Below are positions 19,719 through 27,837 of a stretch of DNA of 64,000 nucleotides, piece after piece. Below the pieces are notes generated by a model. That model was given only the letters and a program-made list of their open reading frames with translations, did no database searches and was not told the origin of the DNA. The DNA lies in contig JAUVNS010000001.1 in the NCBI GenBank assembly GCA_030599585.1, forward strand, positions 256,001 through 320,000. Reading direction: 5' to 3'. A program made the translations under genes and the position numbers. Numbering within the stretch: the first letter of the stretch is position 1; every line of letters begins with the position of its first letter. Source of the stretch: Promethearchaeota archaeon. Its GTDB lineage: Archaea; Asgardarchaeota; Lokiarchaeia; Sigyniarchaeales; SOKP01.

Positions 19719-19754
19719 CGTAAATTTATTTTTACTTTAAGGTAAAAATCGATG

Positions 19755-19769
19755 CTTATAAAGGAAAAA
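19755..19769 (-). promoter_or_regulatory. Pyrimidine-BRE/TATA motif TTTTTCCTTTATAAG
   Basis: Read directly; 36 nt before the start at 19718. Confidence 0.6.
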
Positions 19770-19921
19770 GCGCTTGTTAAAAAAAAATTAGAAATTATGA
19801 CTACTGATCTTATTTATAAGGCACGGAATTGGTTTCTATCCTTGCAATTCTTTGAACACACCCTAATTTATTTTTTTTGGAAGGTTAGGATTTTTTTTCC
19901 TACCTTTCTTTTCTTTTAGTT

Positions 19922-20938
19922 TTAATAAATTGAGTATATTTCCTCCTCGATAAACTTGCCATTATCTAGTATCTGTTTTTCATCAAACCAAAGAGAACAG
20001 TTTTGCATCACACCATCCACATGAGTCCCCGCATTCCATTTTGCTCCAGTTTTTTCGGAAATTGGGCTCCCAAATGCTAAATGCACTCCCGGAAATTTTT
20101 CATCCTGCAATATATTACCAACAAATTCTTTTAATGCAATATTTGTCCCGCATGCAAATTCCCCTACCCTATCTGCATTTTCCACTAGTTGCAAATATTT
20201 TCTAAATTCGAAGAGTAATTCTTCATTTTCACACGAGATATTCTCTATTTCTGCTTTTGAATTTTGTATAGGAATTTTTATTGGGGTTTTCTTTAGATCC
20301 CCATATTTTTCACAAAAGAAGGCACCTAAGGTTCCGTCTACCACCATGACTCCATCTACAGATTCCGGGCAAGTAAATACCTCTCCAGCAGGAAGGTTAC
20401 CCCACATACCTTTATGCCATAATAATCCCGCATCTGGAATCCATTTCAATTTATTTGAAAATTTAACATTAAGATCTGTTCCATTAGGAGTAATAACCCT
20501 TGCTGTTTTAGATTTAACCGCAATTCCCATTATCATGAATGTTAAAGAAGCAATCTTATAATAATTAGCTTGCATGCCGGTTTTCAGTATGGTATCATCG
20601 ATATTGGGCATGTGAATTTCTCTTCCATTTTTAGTTGCTAACATTATCAATCTCCCTATAAGGAATTCGTCTTTTTTGGCATGAGCTGTATAATAAGTAA
20701 CATCGCTCTTTTTTAAATCGGCTCTAATCTCCTTTGGGAAAGATCTTAGAGGTCTTTCACCGTAATCATCTAAGATATGAACATGTATGTTTGTGGAAAT
20801 CTCACTAGCATGTCTTTTTATTAGCATGCCTATGTCAATTGAATCTTTATCTGTAATGATTGATACAACTTCTTTAGGTTTTAATTGAGAACACGTTTCT
20901 ACTATGGTTTTACCTGCTTTTTCTAATAGTTTTTTCAA
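19922..20938 (-). CDS. Aminopeptidase, M29/AmpS-like family
   Basis: GNLPAGEVFTCP, VGEFACGTN, QDEKFPGVHLAFG and HVDGV motifs. Confidence 0.9.
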   Translation of the reverse strand: MKKLLEKAGKTIVETCSQLKPKEVVSIITDKDSIDIGMLIKRHASEISTNIHVHILDDYGERPLRSFPKEIRADLKKSDVTYYTAHAKKDEFLIGRLIMLATKNGREIHMPNIDDTILKTGMQANYYKIASLTFMIMGIAVKSKTARVITPNGTDLNVKFSNKLKWIPDAGLLWHKGMWGNLPAGEVFTCPESVDGVMVVDGTLGAFFCEKYGDLKKTPIKIPIQNSKAEIENISCENEELLFEFRKYLQLVENADRVGEFACGTNIALKEFVGNILQDEKFPGVHLAFGSPISEKTGAKWNAGTHVDGVMQNCSLWFDEKQILDNGKFIEEEIYSIY

Positions 20939-21048
20939 AAAAAAAACTCCCTCTATTATTTAATTATTTTGACAACTTGTAAGTCAATTTATAGTTATTA
21001 TGGTATTGAATTTATCTATTTTCGTTTTGATTAGGTTTTTTTATCTCA

Positions 21049-21063
21049 TTTTTCTTTTAAATA
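21049..21063 (+). promoter_or_regulatory. Pyrimidine-BRE/TATA motif TTTTTCTTTTAAATA
   Basis: Read directly; divergent region; 24 nt before the in-frame ATG at 21088. Confidence 0.65.
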
Positions 21064-21087
21064 ATTTCCAATAGAATGCTATTTATT

Positions 21088-21312
21088 ATGGTATTATTTG
21101 ATTATTTTGAGGACGTGATTAGTGGCTTCGAGTTTTGGATTGCCTTTGGCTCGCTTGTGGGAATCTTTGGACTCTTAATCGGCATTATGTTAGCTGTATG
21201 GGGCGGAAGTCGGCTTCGCTATAAGATGCTAGGAGTTATAATCATATCGTTTGTGTTGATAGCGATTTGCGGGTTCGACACTGGGTTCAAATACTTCAGG
21301 ATTTTTAGATAA
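21088..21312 (+). CDS. Small two-TM hairpin protein (pilin-like topology)
   Basis: ORF track 21076-21312; start moved to 21088 on promoter spacing; two hydrophobic helices joined by GGSRLRYK. Confidence 0.65.
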   Translation: MVLFDYFEDVISGFEFWIAFGSLVGIFGLLIGIMLAVWGGSRLRYKMLGVIIISFVLIAICGFDTGFKYFRIFR

Positions 21313-21329
21313 AAAAAAATTCTTATTTT

Positions 21330-21701
21330 TTAGTAAAAATGATATCCTTGGGGTGGCTGGCTCCCTCCAATCACTATCCCTAAAAGCTCGAAAGGGACTC
21401 CTGTAAGGAAAGCACCAATCCAAAGTAATAGTGCGCTAGACAGAAACGATTTAACTCTGAATTGGCGGAAAAAGATTCTGAGGATGTTTATTACTAATAA
21501 AGCACCCCCTATAGTAAGAAAAATTTGTCCTACGCTCACAAAAATTGTTTTGACAAATGTTCCTGTCATATAACGCAAGTTTGATCCGAAAAAAGGCACG
21601 ACTATTGCAACGAACCCTAATATCCCGAGAAATATTAAAAAGGTTTTGTTGGGCTTCCTTCTTTTTTGGATGATTACTATTTGATCTTTATATTTTACCA
21701 T
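21330..21701 (-). CDS. Hypothetical 3-TM membrane protein
   Basis: ORF track. Confidence 0.7.
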   Translation of the reverse strand: MVKYKDQIVIIQKRRKPNKTFLIFLGILGFVAIVVPFFGSNLRYMTGTFVKTIFVSVGQIFLTIGGALLVINILRIFFRQFRVKSFLSSALLLWIGAFLTGVPFELLGIVIGGSQPPQGYHFY

Positions 21702-21741
21702 GCAGATAATCCTCTATTTTTATTTAATTTTTTAACTAAAT

Positions 21742-21756
21742 CTTTATAAAGAAAAA
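21742..21756 (-). promoter_or_regulatory. Pyrimidine-BRE/TATA motif TTTTTCTTTATAAAG
   Basis: Read directly; divergent region; 40 nt before the ATG at 21701. Confidence 0.65.
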
Positions 21757-21842
21757 GTTCACTTTTTTCTAATCCTATTGAAATTAAATTCATAGTAAAA
21801 TCAAAGAAAAGTTTAATATTTCTTCACTCAAGTATATGTAAT

Positions 21843-22061
21843 ATGTCAAATAATGAACGAGTGAAATGTCCGAAATGTGGCTCTATGACTTTAATTTCTC
21901 GAGATAGAGAAGATTTTTGCTCTAATTGTGGTGTAGAACTTAATTATGATGACTTGGAAAAAGTAGGAGGGAAAGTCCTTATATTATGGATCTCAGTCGT
22001 TTTTATAATTACAATAATTAGCTTAGCGTTAATTATGACGCTTTTCTTTCCTCATTACTAG
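21843..22061 (+). CDS. Zinc-ribbon protein with a C-terminal TM
   Basis: CPKCG...CSNCG plus hydrophobic tail; canonical AAAGAAAAGTTTAATA promoter at 21803-21818. Confidence 0.7.
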   Translation: MSNNERVKCPKCGSMTLISRDREDFCSNCGVELNYDDLEKVGGKVLILWISVVFIITIISLALIMTLFFPHY

Positions 22062-22200
22062 TATTCCTATTGGGTTTACTCATAAAGTTAGGGATAGTTA
22101 TCGTATAATTTTTTTTTGTATGAAAGGATTTTGATGGGTTGGTGAGTGTTTTAAACGGAAAAATTAATACTTAAAAAAATATCCAATGAAATACTTCTAA

Positions 22201-22215
22201 TTTTTCTTTTTATAA
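22201..22215 (+). promoter_or_regulatory. Pyrimidine-BRE/TATA motif TTTTTCTTTTTATAA upstream of the fen paralog
   Basis: Read directly; 20 nt before the ATG. Confidence 0.55.
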
Positions 22216-22235
22216 TCTGTAATGACCTAAATTGT

Positions 22236-23336
22236 ATGGGAGTTAAACTTCAAGATTTGGTGATCCGAAACGCGATTGAATTTTCCAAACTCGCAGGGAA
22301 AATCATAGCGGTTGATGCTCCGAATGTAATAATGAGCTTATTCAACTTCGCCCGCAAAAACACGGACGGCTCCAAAGCTGGACTCATTCTCGACCGCACA
22401 CAGAGACCGATATCACACCTCTATGGTTTGCTTTTTAGAATAAAGTTCTTCTACTCCAAGAAGATATTTCCAATTTTTTGCTTCGACGGGCTCGATTCCG
22501 ACCTCAAAAAACTTAAAACGAAAGATAGGCTCAACGACTTCTTGTTTACGGAAAGGTTATACCGATCATTACTCCAAACTGGGAATCGAGAGAACGCTAA
22601 GCAAATCGCTTTATCGAAAGAGTATATGTGGCCCAACATTATCAAAGAATCTAAGCAACTACTAGGGGCGTTAGGAGTGCCATACATGAGCGCACCCGCC
22701 TCAGCAGAATCGCAATGCGCTCAACTCATTAAAGACAAAGTAGTTCATTACTCTAACTCGCAAGATTTCGATTCGCTTCTGTTTGGGTGTCCGCATGTAG
22801 TCCAGAACATCTCGAAGTCGTTAAGAAGAAAAGAGCATGGTCGCTGGACATATAAAAAAATCACTCCGGTTACGATCGATCTCAAAGAAAACCTAATAAG
22901 GTTGGGAATTGATCAGTTTCATTTGGTAGACATGGCGCTCTTAATCGGAACCGATTACTTTCCAGGTATTAGAAACATCGGTCCAAAACACGCGTATAAA
23001 TTCATCAAAAAACACCGATTCGTAGAAAATGTGATCATCGAAGAAAAAGAAAGTTACGATTTTTCGGCCTTGAGTTCCGAAGTTATTGCTCGCGTAAGAA
23101 AAATCTTTTTACTCCCTGAAGTCTTAATAGATTACCCAAAACTGAGCTGGAATTACCCCAGCGATCAGCATACGCTGAGCTTATTGTGCGAAGATCACCA
23201 CCTCAACCGAGAAAGAGTGGAGACCAACCTGAACAAATTGGAGACGAATTACGAAAAATGTCAAGTATTTTTCTCCAACAAAACGAGAAATCCTCCTACA
23301 AAACAAAAAACATTCGACTCAATTTTTTCTAACTAA
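22236..23336 (+). CDS. fen: Flap endonuclease FEN-1 (divergent paralog)
   Basis: MGVKL, AVDA, SHLYGL, FDG, SQDFDSLLFG, GTDY and IGPK motifs; C-terminal PIP-like QKTFDSIF. Confidence 0.9.
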   Translation: MGVKLQDLVIRNAIEFSKLAGKIIAVDAPNVIMSLFNFARKNTDGSKAGLILDRTQRPISHLYGLLFRIKFFYSKKIFPIFCFDGLDSDLKKLKTKDRLNDFLFTERLYRSLLQTGNRENAKQIALSKEYMWPNIIKESKQLLGALGVPYMSAPASAESQCAQLIKDKVVHYSNSQDFDSLLFGCPHVVQNISKSLRRKEHGRWTYKKITPVTIDLKENLIRLGIDQFHLVDMALLIGTDYFPGIRNIGPKHAYKFIKKHRFVENVIIEEKESYDFSALSSEVIARVRKIFLLPEVLIDYPKLSWNYPSDQHTLSLLCEDHHLNRERVETNLNKLETNYEKCQVFFSNKTRNPPTKQKTFDSIFSN

Positions 23337-23344
23337 AAATTTAA

Positions 23345-23359
23345 TTTTTCTTTATAAAG
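23345..23359 (+). promoter_or_regulatory. Pyrimidine-BRE/TATA motif TTTTTCTTTATAAAG
   Basis: Read directly; may double as the fen terminator. Confidence 0.55.
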
Positions 23360-23377
23360 GCTCACTGAATCGTTTAT

Positions 23378-24034
23378 GTGCTAAATAAAATCCTAAACAA
23401 CAAAACTAACGAAATTGAGAGAAGTATGGCAGGATTAACGAACGATGCGATAGTACTGCATAACGAATTAAGAGCCTATAGAAATGCTCCAAGGAAAGAT
23501 GTAAACAAGGAGAAAGTTCTTAATTATTTTTTTAGGTTCGAAAGCTTTGCGAACAACACCAATGAATACAAGGATTTAACCCCTTTGATCGTCGAGAACA
23601 TTGTAAAAGAAACCAACCTACCCGATTTCGTCGTATTAAACACAGTTTTTGAGTTCATCACTGAAGCGACCCAATTCAGTCATACTTTAAGTTTGGGACT
23701 CGTATCGTGGGGCTCAGGAGAGAAAAGTGCTTTGCGGCAAGCGAAGTTTTACTTAAGAAAAGTTCATAAGATCGCCCCAGTGTTTGATTATTCCAGAGCG
23801 ATTGCTAACTTGGAGACTTTACACAAACTCTTAAAGAAAAACTTTTTTTGGGTTCATATCACTACTCAGCTTGCCTTAATTATATTCGTCACTGACAGAA
23901 ACGATCCCACAATAACGAAAAATGAGTATATTCTACAAAAAAACCTAAGGGCATTTTGCGCGTGTTCTGCTTACGCCTTCCATATGGCTCGAAAGAAGCT
24001 TCATATTGATAAGATGGGACGGCTCTGCACCTAA
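23378..24034 (+). CDS. Hypothetical helical protein with a C-terminus resembling a TFB/cyclin-repeat HTH (start may be ATG 23426)
   Basis: ORF track; LALIIFVT...LQKNLRAFCACSAYAFHMARKKL. Confidence 0.6.
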   Translation: MLNKILNNKTNEIERSMAGLTNDAIVLHNELRAYRNAPRKDVNKEKVLNYFFRFESFANNTNEYKDLTPLIVENIVKETNLPDFVVLNTVFEFITEATQFSHTLSLGLVSWGSGEKSALRQAKFYLRKVHKIAPVFDYSRAIANLETLHKLLKKNFFWVHITTQLALIIFVTDRNDPTITKNEYILQKNLRAFCACSAYAFHMARKKLHIDKMGRLCT

Positions 24035-24069
24035 TCTGGAAGATTTTTTAGGTTTTTTCAATTTTTGGA

Positions 24070-24084
24070 TTTTTTCTTTAAATA
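24070..24084 (+). promoter_or_regulatory. Pyrimidine-BRE/TATA motif TTTTTTCTTTAAATA upstream of the RPA-like gene
   Basis: Read directly; 43 nt before the ATG. Confidence 0.6.
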
Positions 24085-24127
24085 CTCAGTTACTCACTTT
24101 TACTTATTAGTAAAAAATTGAGAGGTT

Positions 24128-25057
24128 ATGAAAATGAGCGTCTTAGTAGACGAGCTATTCCAAAAGTTATTGGACCTTGGATTGTCAGAAGAAGAGTTAG
24201 AAAAAAAAGTTAAGGACAAAGTAGACGAATACGGTGGTTTTATGTCTAAACAAGGAGTGTTGTTTATAATAGCTAGAGAAAACGGGCTTGATGTAAGATC
24301 TCCAGATATTGACGATTATGTTTACGACGAGTTAGAAGAAGAAGTCGATTACGACGAGTTCACAATAGACATCTCGGACCTAAGAGAGGGTATGAGTAAC
24401 ATCGTGTTATTGGGTAAGATTCTATCTTTCCAAAAAGTGCGCGAGTTCGTGCGAAAGGACCAGTCTGTCGGAAAAGTGTGTTCTATCTTACTGGGCGATA
24501 CAACTGCAACTGTGAAAATCGTTTTATGGGACGATCGAGCAGATATTGTTAATCAAGAATACTTTAAACCGAAAGAACTCGCTCGAGTAATTGGTGGGTA
24601 TTCAAAATTAGGACAAAACGAAGCTTTAGAAGTTCATATCGGAAGAAAAGGTATGTTACTTCTTTCTCCTGAAGTTAGTGATAAGAAACGAAGACAATTC
24701 GAAGAAATTATGATTGCAAGTTCAGAAGAAACAACACCCAAGAGTAACTTAGAACCTCTGAGACAAGCCATCCAAAAAAACAAATACATCAGCGCTGTTA
24801 AAGGAACTCTTCAAATCGAAGAATTTAAGGAATTAGAGTTGAAATCAGGTGATAAGTCGTTTTTGCTCACCATGTTTTTAGAAGTAGAAGGATTTACTAT
24901 CAGAGTGAAAGCATGGGGCATGAATGCGGTTGAATGCTTGAAAATGGTGAACGACGGAGATTTCGTTTCTATAACCAACCTGGCGGTTAAACAGAACAAA
25001 TACACCGCAGAGAAAGAGCTTATGATCACGAAAAATTCAAGAGTGTTGTTAATCTAA
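24128..25057 (+). CDS. Replication protein A / single-stranded DNA-binding OB-fold protein (DUF2240-like N-terminus)
   Basis: GGFMSKQGVLFIIARENG N-terminus; ISDLREGMSNIVLLGKI...GDTTATVKIVLWD OB fold; second OB fold at the C-terminus. Confidence 0.85.
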   Translation: MKMSVLVDELFQKLLDLGLSEEELEKKVKDKVDEYGGFMSKQGVLFIIARENGLDVRSPDIDDYVYDELEEEVDYDEFTIDISDLREGMSNIVLLGKILSFQKVREFVRKDQSVGKVCSILLGDTTATVKIVLWDDRADIVNQEYFKPKELARVIGGYSKLGQNEALEVHIGRKGMLLLSPEVSDKKRRQFEEIMIASSEETTPKSNLEPLRQAIQKNKYISAVKGTLQIEEFKELELKSGDKSFLLTMFLEVEGFTIRVKAWGMNAVECLKMVNDGDFVSITNLAVKQNKYTAEKELMITKNSRVLLI

Positions 25058-25167
25058 CTATGAGTATTAGAGAAACGAATTTAATTAGAAGAGAGATTTT
25101 ACCTAGCATTTTAAGAACTTTTTTATAAGGTTCATTTTTTGTTTAAATATCCCACTTTTTTCTAAAG

Positions 25168-25842
25168 TTGAAAATCATGATAACTAAGCAAAAAGTAAAC
25201 GCATACAAACTCATCGGCTTAGAAACACCTTCTAACTCCTTTTTAACGCTTTTAGGAAGGGTTCTATTTTATTGTGGCGCTAGCTACATCCTATTGTTAA
25301 TCTTGAACGTTGTGCTGTCTTTGTTTTTCGGATTTTCGCTCACAACAAATTACATTAGCGACTTGGGAAGCAAGATATTTATCCCTTTTCCTTATATACA
25401 TAACTTGATTTGCGTGTTTGGAGGCGTGGTAAGCCTTCCGATTAATTTTTATGTGAAGAAAAAGTTACGGATCACATACAAGAGTTCGAGGTATTCCGCA
25501 TTGTTTCTCGAGTTCGGTGTCGCTTTAGGAGTAATTGGAAATATTGGATATGTGTTCTTAGGAGTGTTCAGTTTAGACAGGGCAGGTCCAGGAGGTATTT
25601 ATCACGGTATTATTTCCTTTATTTCGTTTGGCGGTTATATTTTTTCTATCTTCTTTATTAGCTTGAACATTGTTTTGTCTCATAAGTGCAAACTGAAACA
25701 TTTGGGCCTATTTGGGATAGTCGTCCCCTTGAACTTGTTGGTTCTATATTGTATAATTTCGATCCCTCTTATCGAGTGGTTTTTATTAAGCTCTATCTTG
25801 GCGTTTTTGCTTATGTTGAACTTTTATGTGTTCAAACTTTAA
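25168..25842 (+). CDS. DUF998-like membrane protein
   Basis: TNYISDLG motif, about 6 TM; variant motif TTTTTTGTTTAAATA at 25135-25149. Confidence 0.7.
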   Translation: MKIMITKQKVNAYKLIGLETPSNSFLTLLGRVLFYCGASYILLLILNVVLSLFFGFSLTTNYISDLGSKIFIPFPYIHNLICVFGGVVSLPINFYVKKKLRITYKSSRYSALFLEFGVALGVIGNIGYVFLGVFSLDRAGPGGIYHGIISFISFGGYIFSIFFISLNIVLSHKCKLKHLGLFGIVVPLNLLVLYCIISIPLIEWFLLSSILAFLLMLNFYVFKL

Positions 25843-26016
25843 TCGTTTTTTTGTCAAACTCAATCCTTATATCATAAAGGACACACACTAATAACCTTAG
25901 ATTTTGACGAAGTAAAAGATCAGTATAAAAAATTTGAAATAAAAGAAGATTAAGATAAGCCATCTTAAATCTTACATAATTAAATTGATAAACCCATCAA
26001 AAAATTCGAGTTCTAT

Positions 26017-26328
26017 TTACTTCGGAGGTGTAAGAACGATCTCTATTGAACTTACATTATTTTCACGGCCATCCTCGCCCTTAAGTTGCTCCGTAGAAAT
26101 GCGAATCTCTTTATATTCAACTCCTTTCAAAAAGCGGTTTTTTAAGATCTCGCAAATATCGACGGCGTGAGAAATCGCTCTACCACGAGCCTTTACGGTG
26201 CATTCTTCTCCTTTATTCAGGACCATCATTACAGCCATTACATAATTCATCGTAGGGCGACGGCCAACAAAAACCGCGTTCTCTTGACCTGGCTCTCTTT
26301 CTCTTTTTCCTTTTTCTTTTTCTGTCAT
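26017..26328 (-). CDS. albA: DNA/RNA-binding protein Alba
   Basis: VFVGRRPTMNYVMAV...VKARGRAISHAVDICE...VSSIEIVL. Confidence 0.95.
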   Translation of the reverse strand: MTEKEKGKREREPGQENAVFVGRRPTMNYVMAVMMVLNKGEECTVKARGRAISHAVDICEILKNRFLKGVEYKEIRISTEQLKGEDGRENNVSSIEIVLTPPK

Positions 26329-26512
26329 TTTTTATTCTCTGTTAAATGTAGTTTTTTTATTCTCTATGGTGATAGGTTATCCTTATGTATTATAATTTAA
26401 ATATATTAAGGATCCTTTTAGAGTCATAAAAAGTTGTAAATTAAAAGGTTGTTTTGGATGCACTAAAAGCTCGTTTTAATAGTAAGATTTTGTGATTTCG
26501 TGTGGTTAAAAG

Positions 26513-26528
26513 TTTTTTCCTTTATATA
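26513..26528 (+). promoter_or_regulatory. Pyrimidine-BRE/TATA motif TTTTTTCCTTTATATA upstream of the mglB-mglA-like operon
   Basis: Read directly; divergent region; 51 nt before the ATG. Confidence 0.65.
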
Positions 26529-26579
26529 CTCGAAACTCGTTACTCACAAAAAATAAGATTTATTGGTGATATGTAAAAA

Positions 26580-27113
26580 ATGACAATATACGTCCCTAAA
26601 GCGCTTTACGAGAATGAAATCGCCCGAGTGTTAGACGAGGTGCGGTACAATTACGGAATGCTCACTAGAAAAGGATTCATTAATGGACTCATTGCTATAG
26701 ACCAAGATGCGAAAATAATCGCAATCGATTCTCGGTTCGACAGGAAGTTAAATTATTGGGACTTAAGTTCCATTGGAGCGGCGTTGTATGGAGTCGCCCG
26801 GCAAGCGCAAGATTTTTTCGAAACCGACTCTTTAGTCCGCGCAACGCTAATCTATAAAGACTTGCAACTCTACATCAAATCAATCGGAGATGTGATTCTC
26901 GTCAAAAAAGGAAAAAGAGAGATTTTAGTAGTTCTTTTAGTAGACAATCAAGTCAACATTGGCGTGCTCATACTTCAAATGCGCAAGTTTGCAGCAAAGA
27001 TTAAAGACGCAATCATGCGAAGCCAAACAATTATGGAAAAGCTGCAGATGTCAGAACGAGATCTCAAAGAGCATCTCAGAGACTTAAAAAGAAAGGTTTT
27101 TGGGACGGCATAA
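26580..27113 (+). CDS. Roadblock/LC7 (MglB-like) protein
   Basis: GLIAIDQDAKIIA...LSSIGAALYGVA...NIGVLILQMRK Roadblock pattern; directly upstream of an MglA-like GTPase. Confidence 0.75.
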   Translation: MTIYVPKALYENEIARVLDEVRYNYGMLTRKGFINGLIAIDQDAKIIAIDSRFDRKLNYWDLSSIGAALYGVARQAQDFFETDSLVRATLIYKDLQLYIKSIGDVILVKKGKREILVVLLVDNQVNIGVLILQMRKFAAKIKDAIMRSQTIMEKLQMSERDLKEHLRDLKRKVFGTA

Positions 27114-27137
27114 ACCATATCAGAGGCGAGCTAAAAA

Positions 27138-27806
27138 ATGACAATAGGTTCCAACCATAAAGAAAAGCATTTGGAAAAAGAACAACTCGGCATTAGTGAT
27201 AAATCCGGAGCGAATTCTCTTAAAGAAGTGTTGCAATTCAAAGTTGTTTATTGGGGTCCTGGCGAGTCTGGGAAAACTACTAACTACTTCAGGTTAAGAG
27301 AAAAATTTGATGGAGTAAAACTAAACCGAGGATATTCTATTGAGACCACTGACGGAAGAACTCTGTGGCAAGATTCGATTCGATTGTCTTTCTATCTTAA
27401 CCTCGAGAGAGTCAAATTTAACATCGTAACTCAAATCGTGACTGCGACCGGGCAGGAACGGTTTTTGTCCACTCGTGAATACGTATTGGATGGTGCTGAC
27501 GGCGTTGTATTCGTCGCAGACTCCGATCCTAAGAAAATAGAGCAAAACAAACGAAGTTTTCGAGAATTAATCAGTTTTACAAGTGAACAGAACGTTCCTT
27601 TCGTTATTCAGCTCAATAAAAGGGATTTAGAAGGAGCTATTCCTGAAAAAGAATTTAAAAAAGAGCTTGGTTTACCAAAGTTTGAGAAATACGAAGACGG
27701 AACTCAAGTAATTTATCCCACCGTTGCGATCGAAGGAGATAGCGTGAGGAAATGCTTCGAGGATTTGATGGTGCTCGTGTTATTAAACTTTTTCAAGTTG
27801 AATTAA
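27138..27806 (+). CDS. MglA-like small GTPase
   Basis: KVVYWGPGESGKTTN, ETTDGRTLWQD, TATGQERF, GADGVVFVADS, QLNKRDL and PTVA motifs. Confidence 0.9.
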   Translation: MTIGSNHKEKHLEKEQLGISDKSGANSLKEVLQFKVVYWGPGESGKTTNYFRLREKFDGVKLNRGYSIETTDGRTLWQDSIRLSFYLNLERVKFNIVTQIVTATGQERFLSTREYVLDGADGVVFVADSDPKKIEQNKRSFRELISFTSEQNVPFVIQLNKRDLEGAIPEKEFKKELGLPKFEKYEDGTQVIYPTVAIEGDSVRKCFEDLMVLVLLNFFKLN

Positions 27807-27837
27807 TAGATACAAATAATTATTTTTCAAATTCCAT

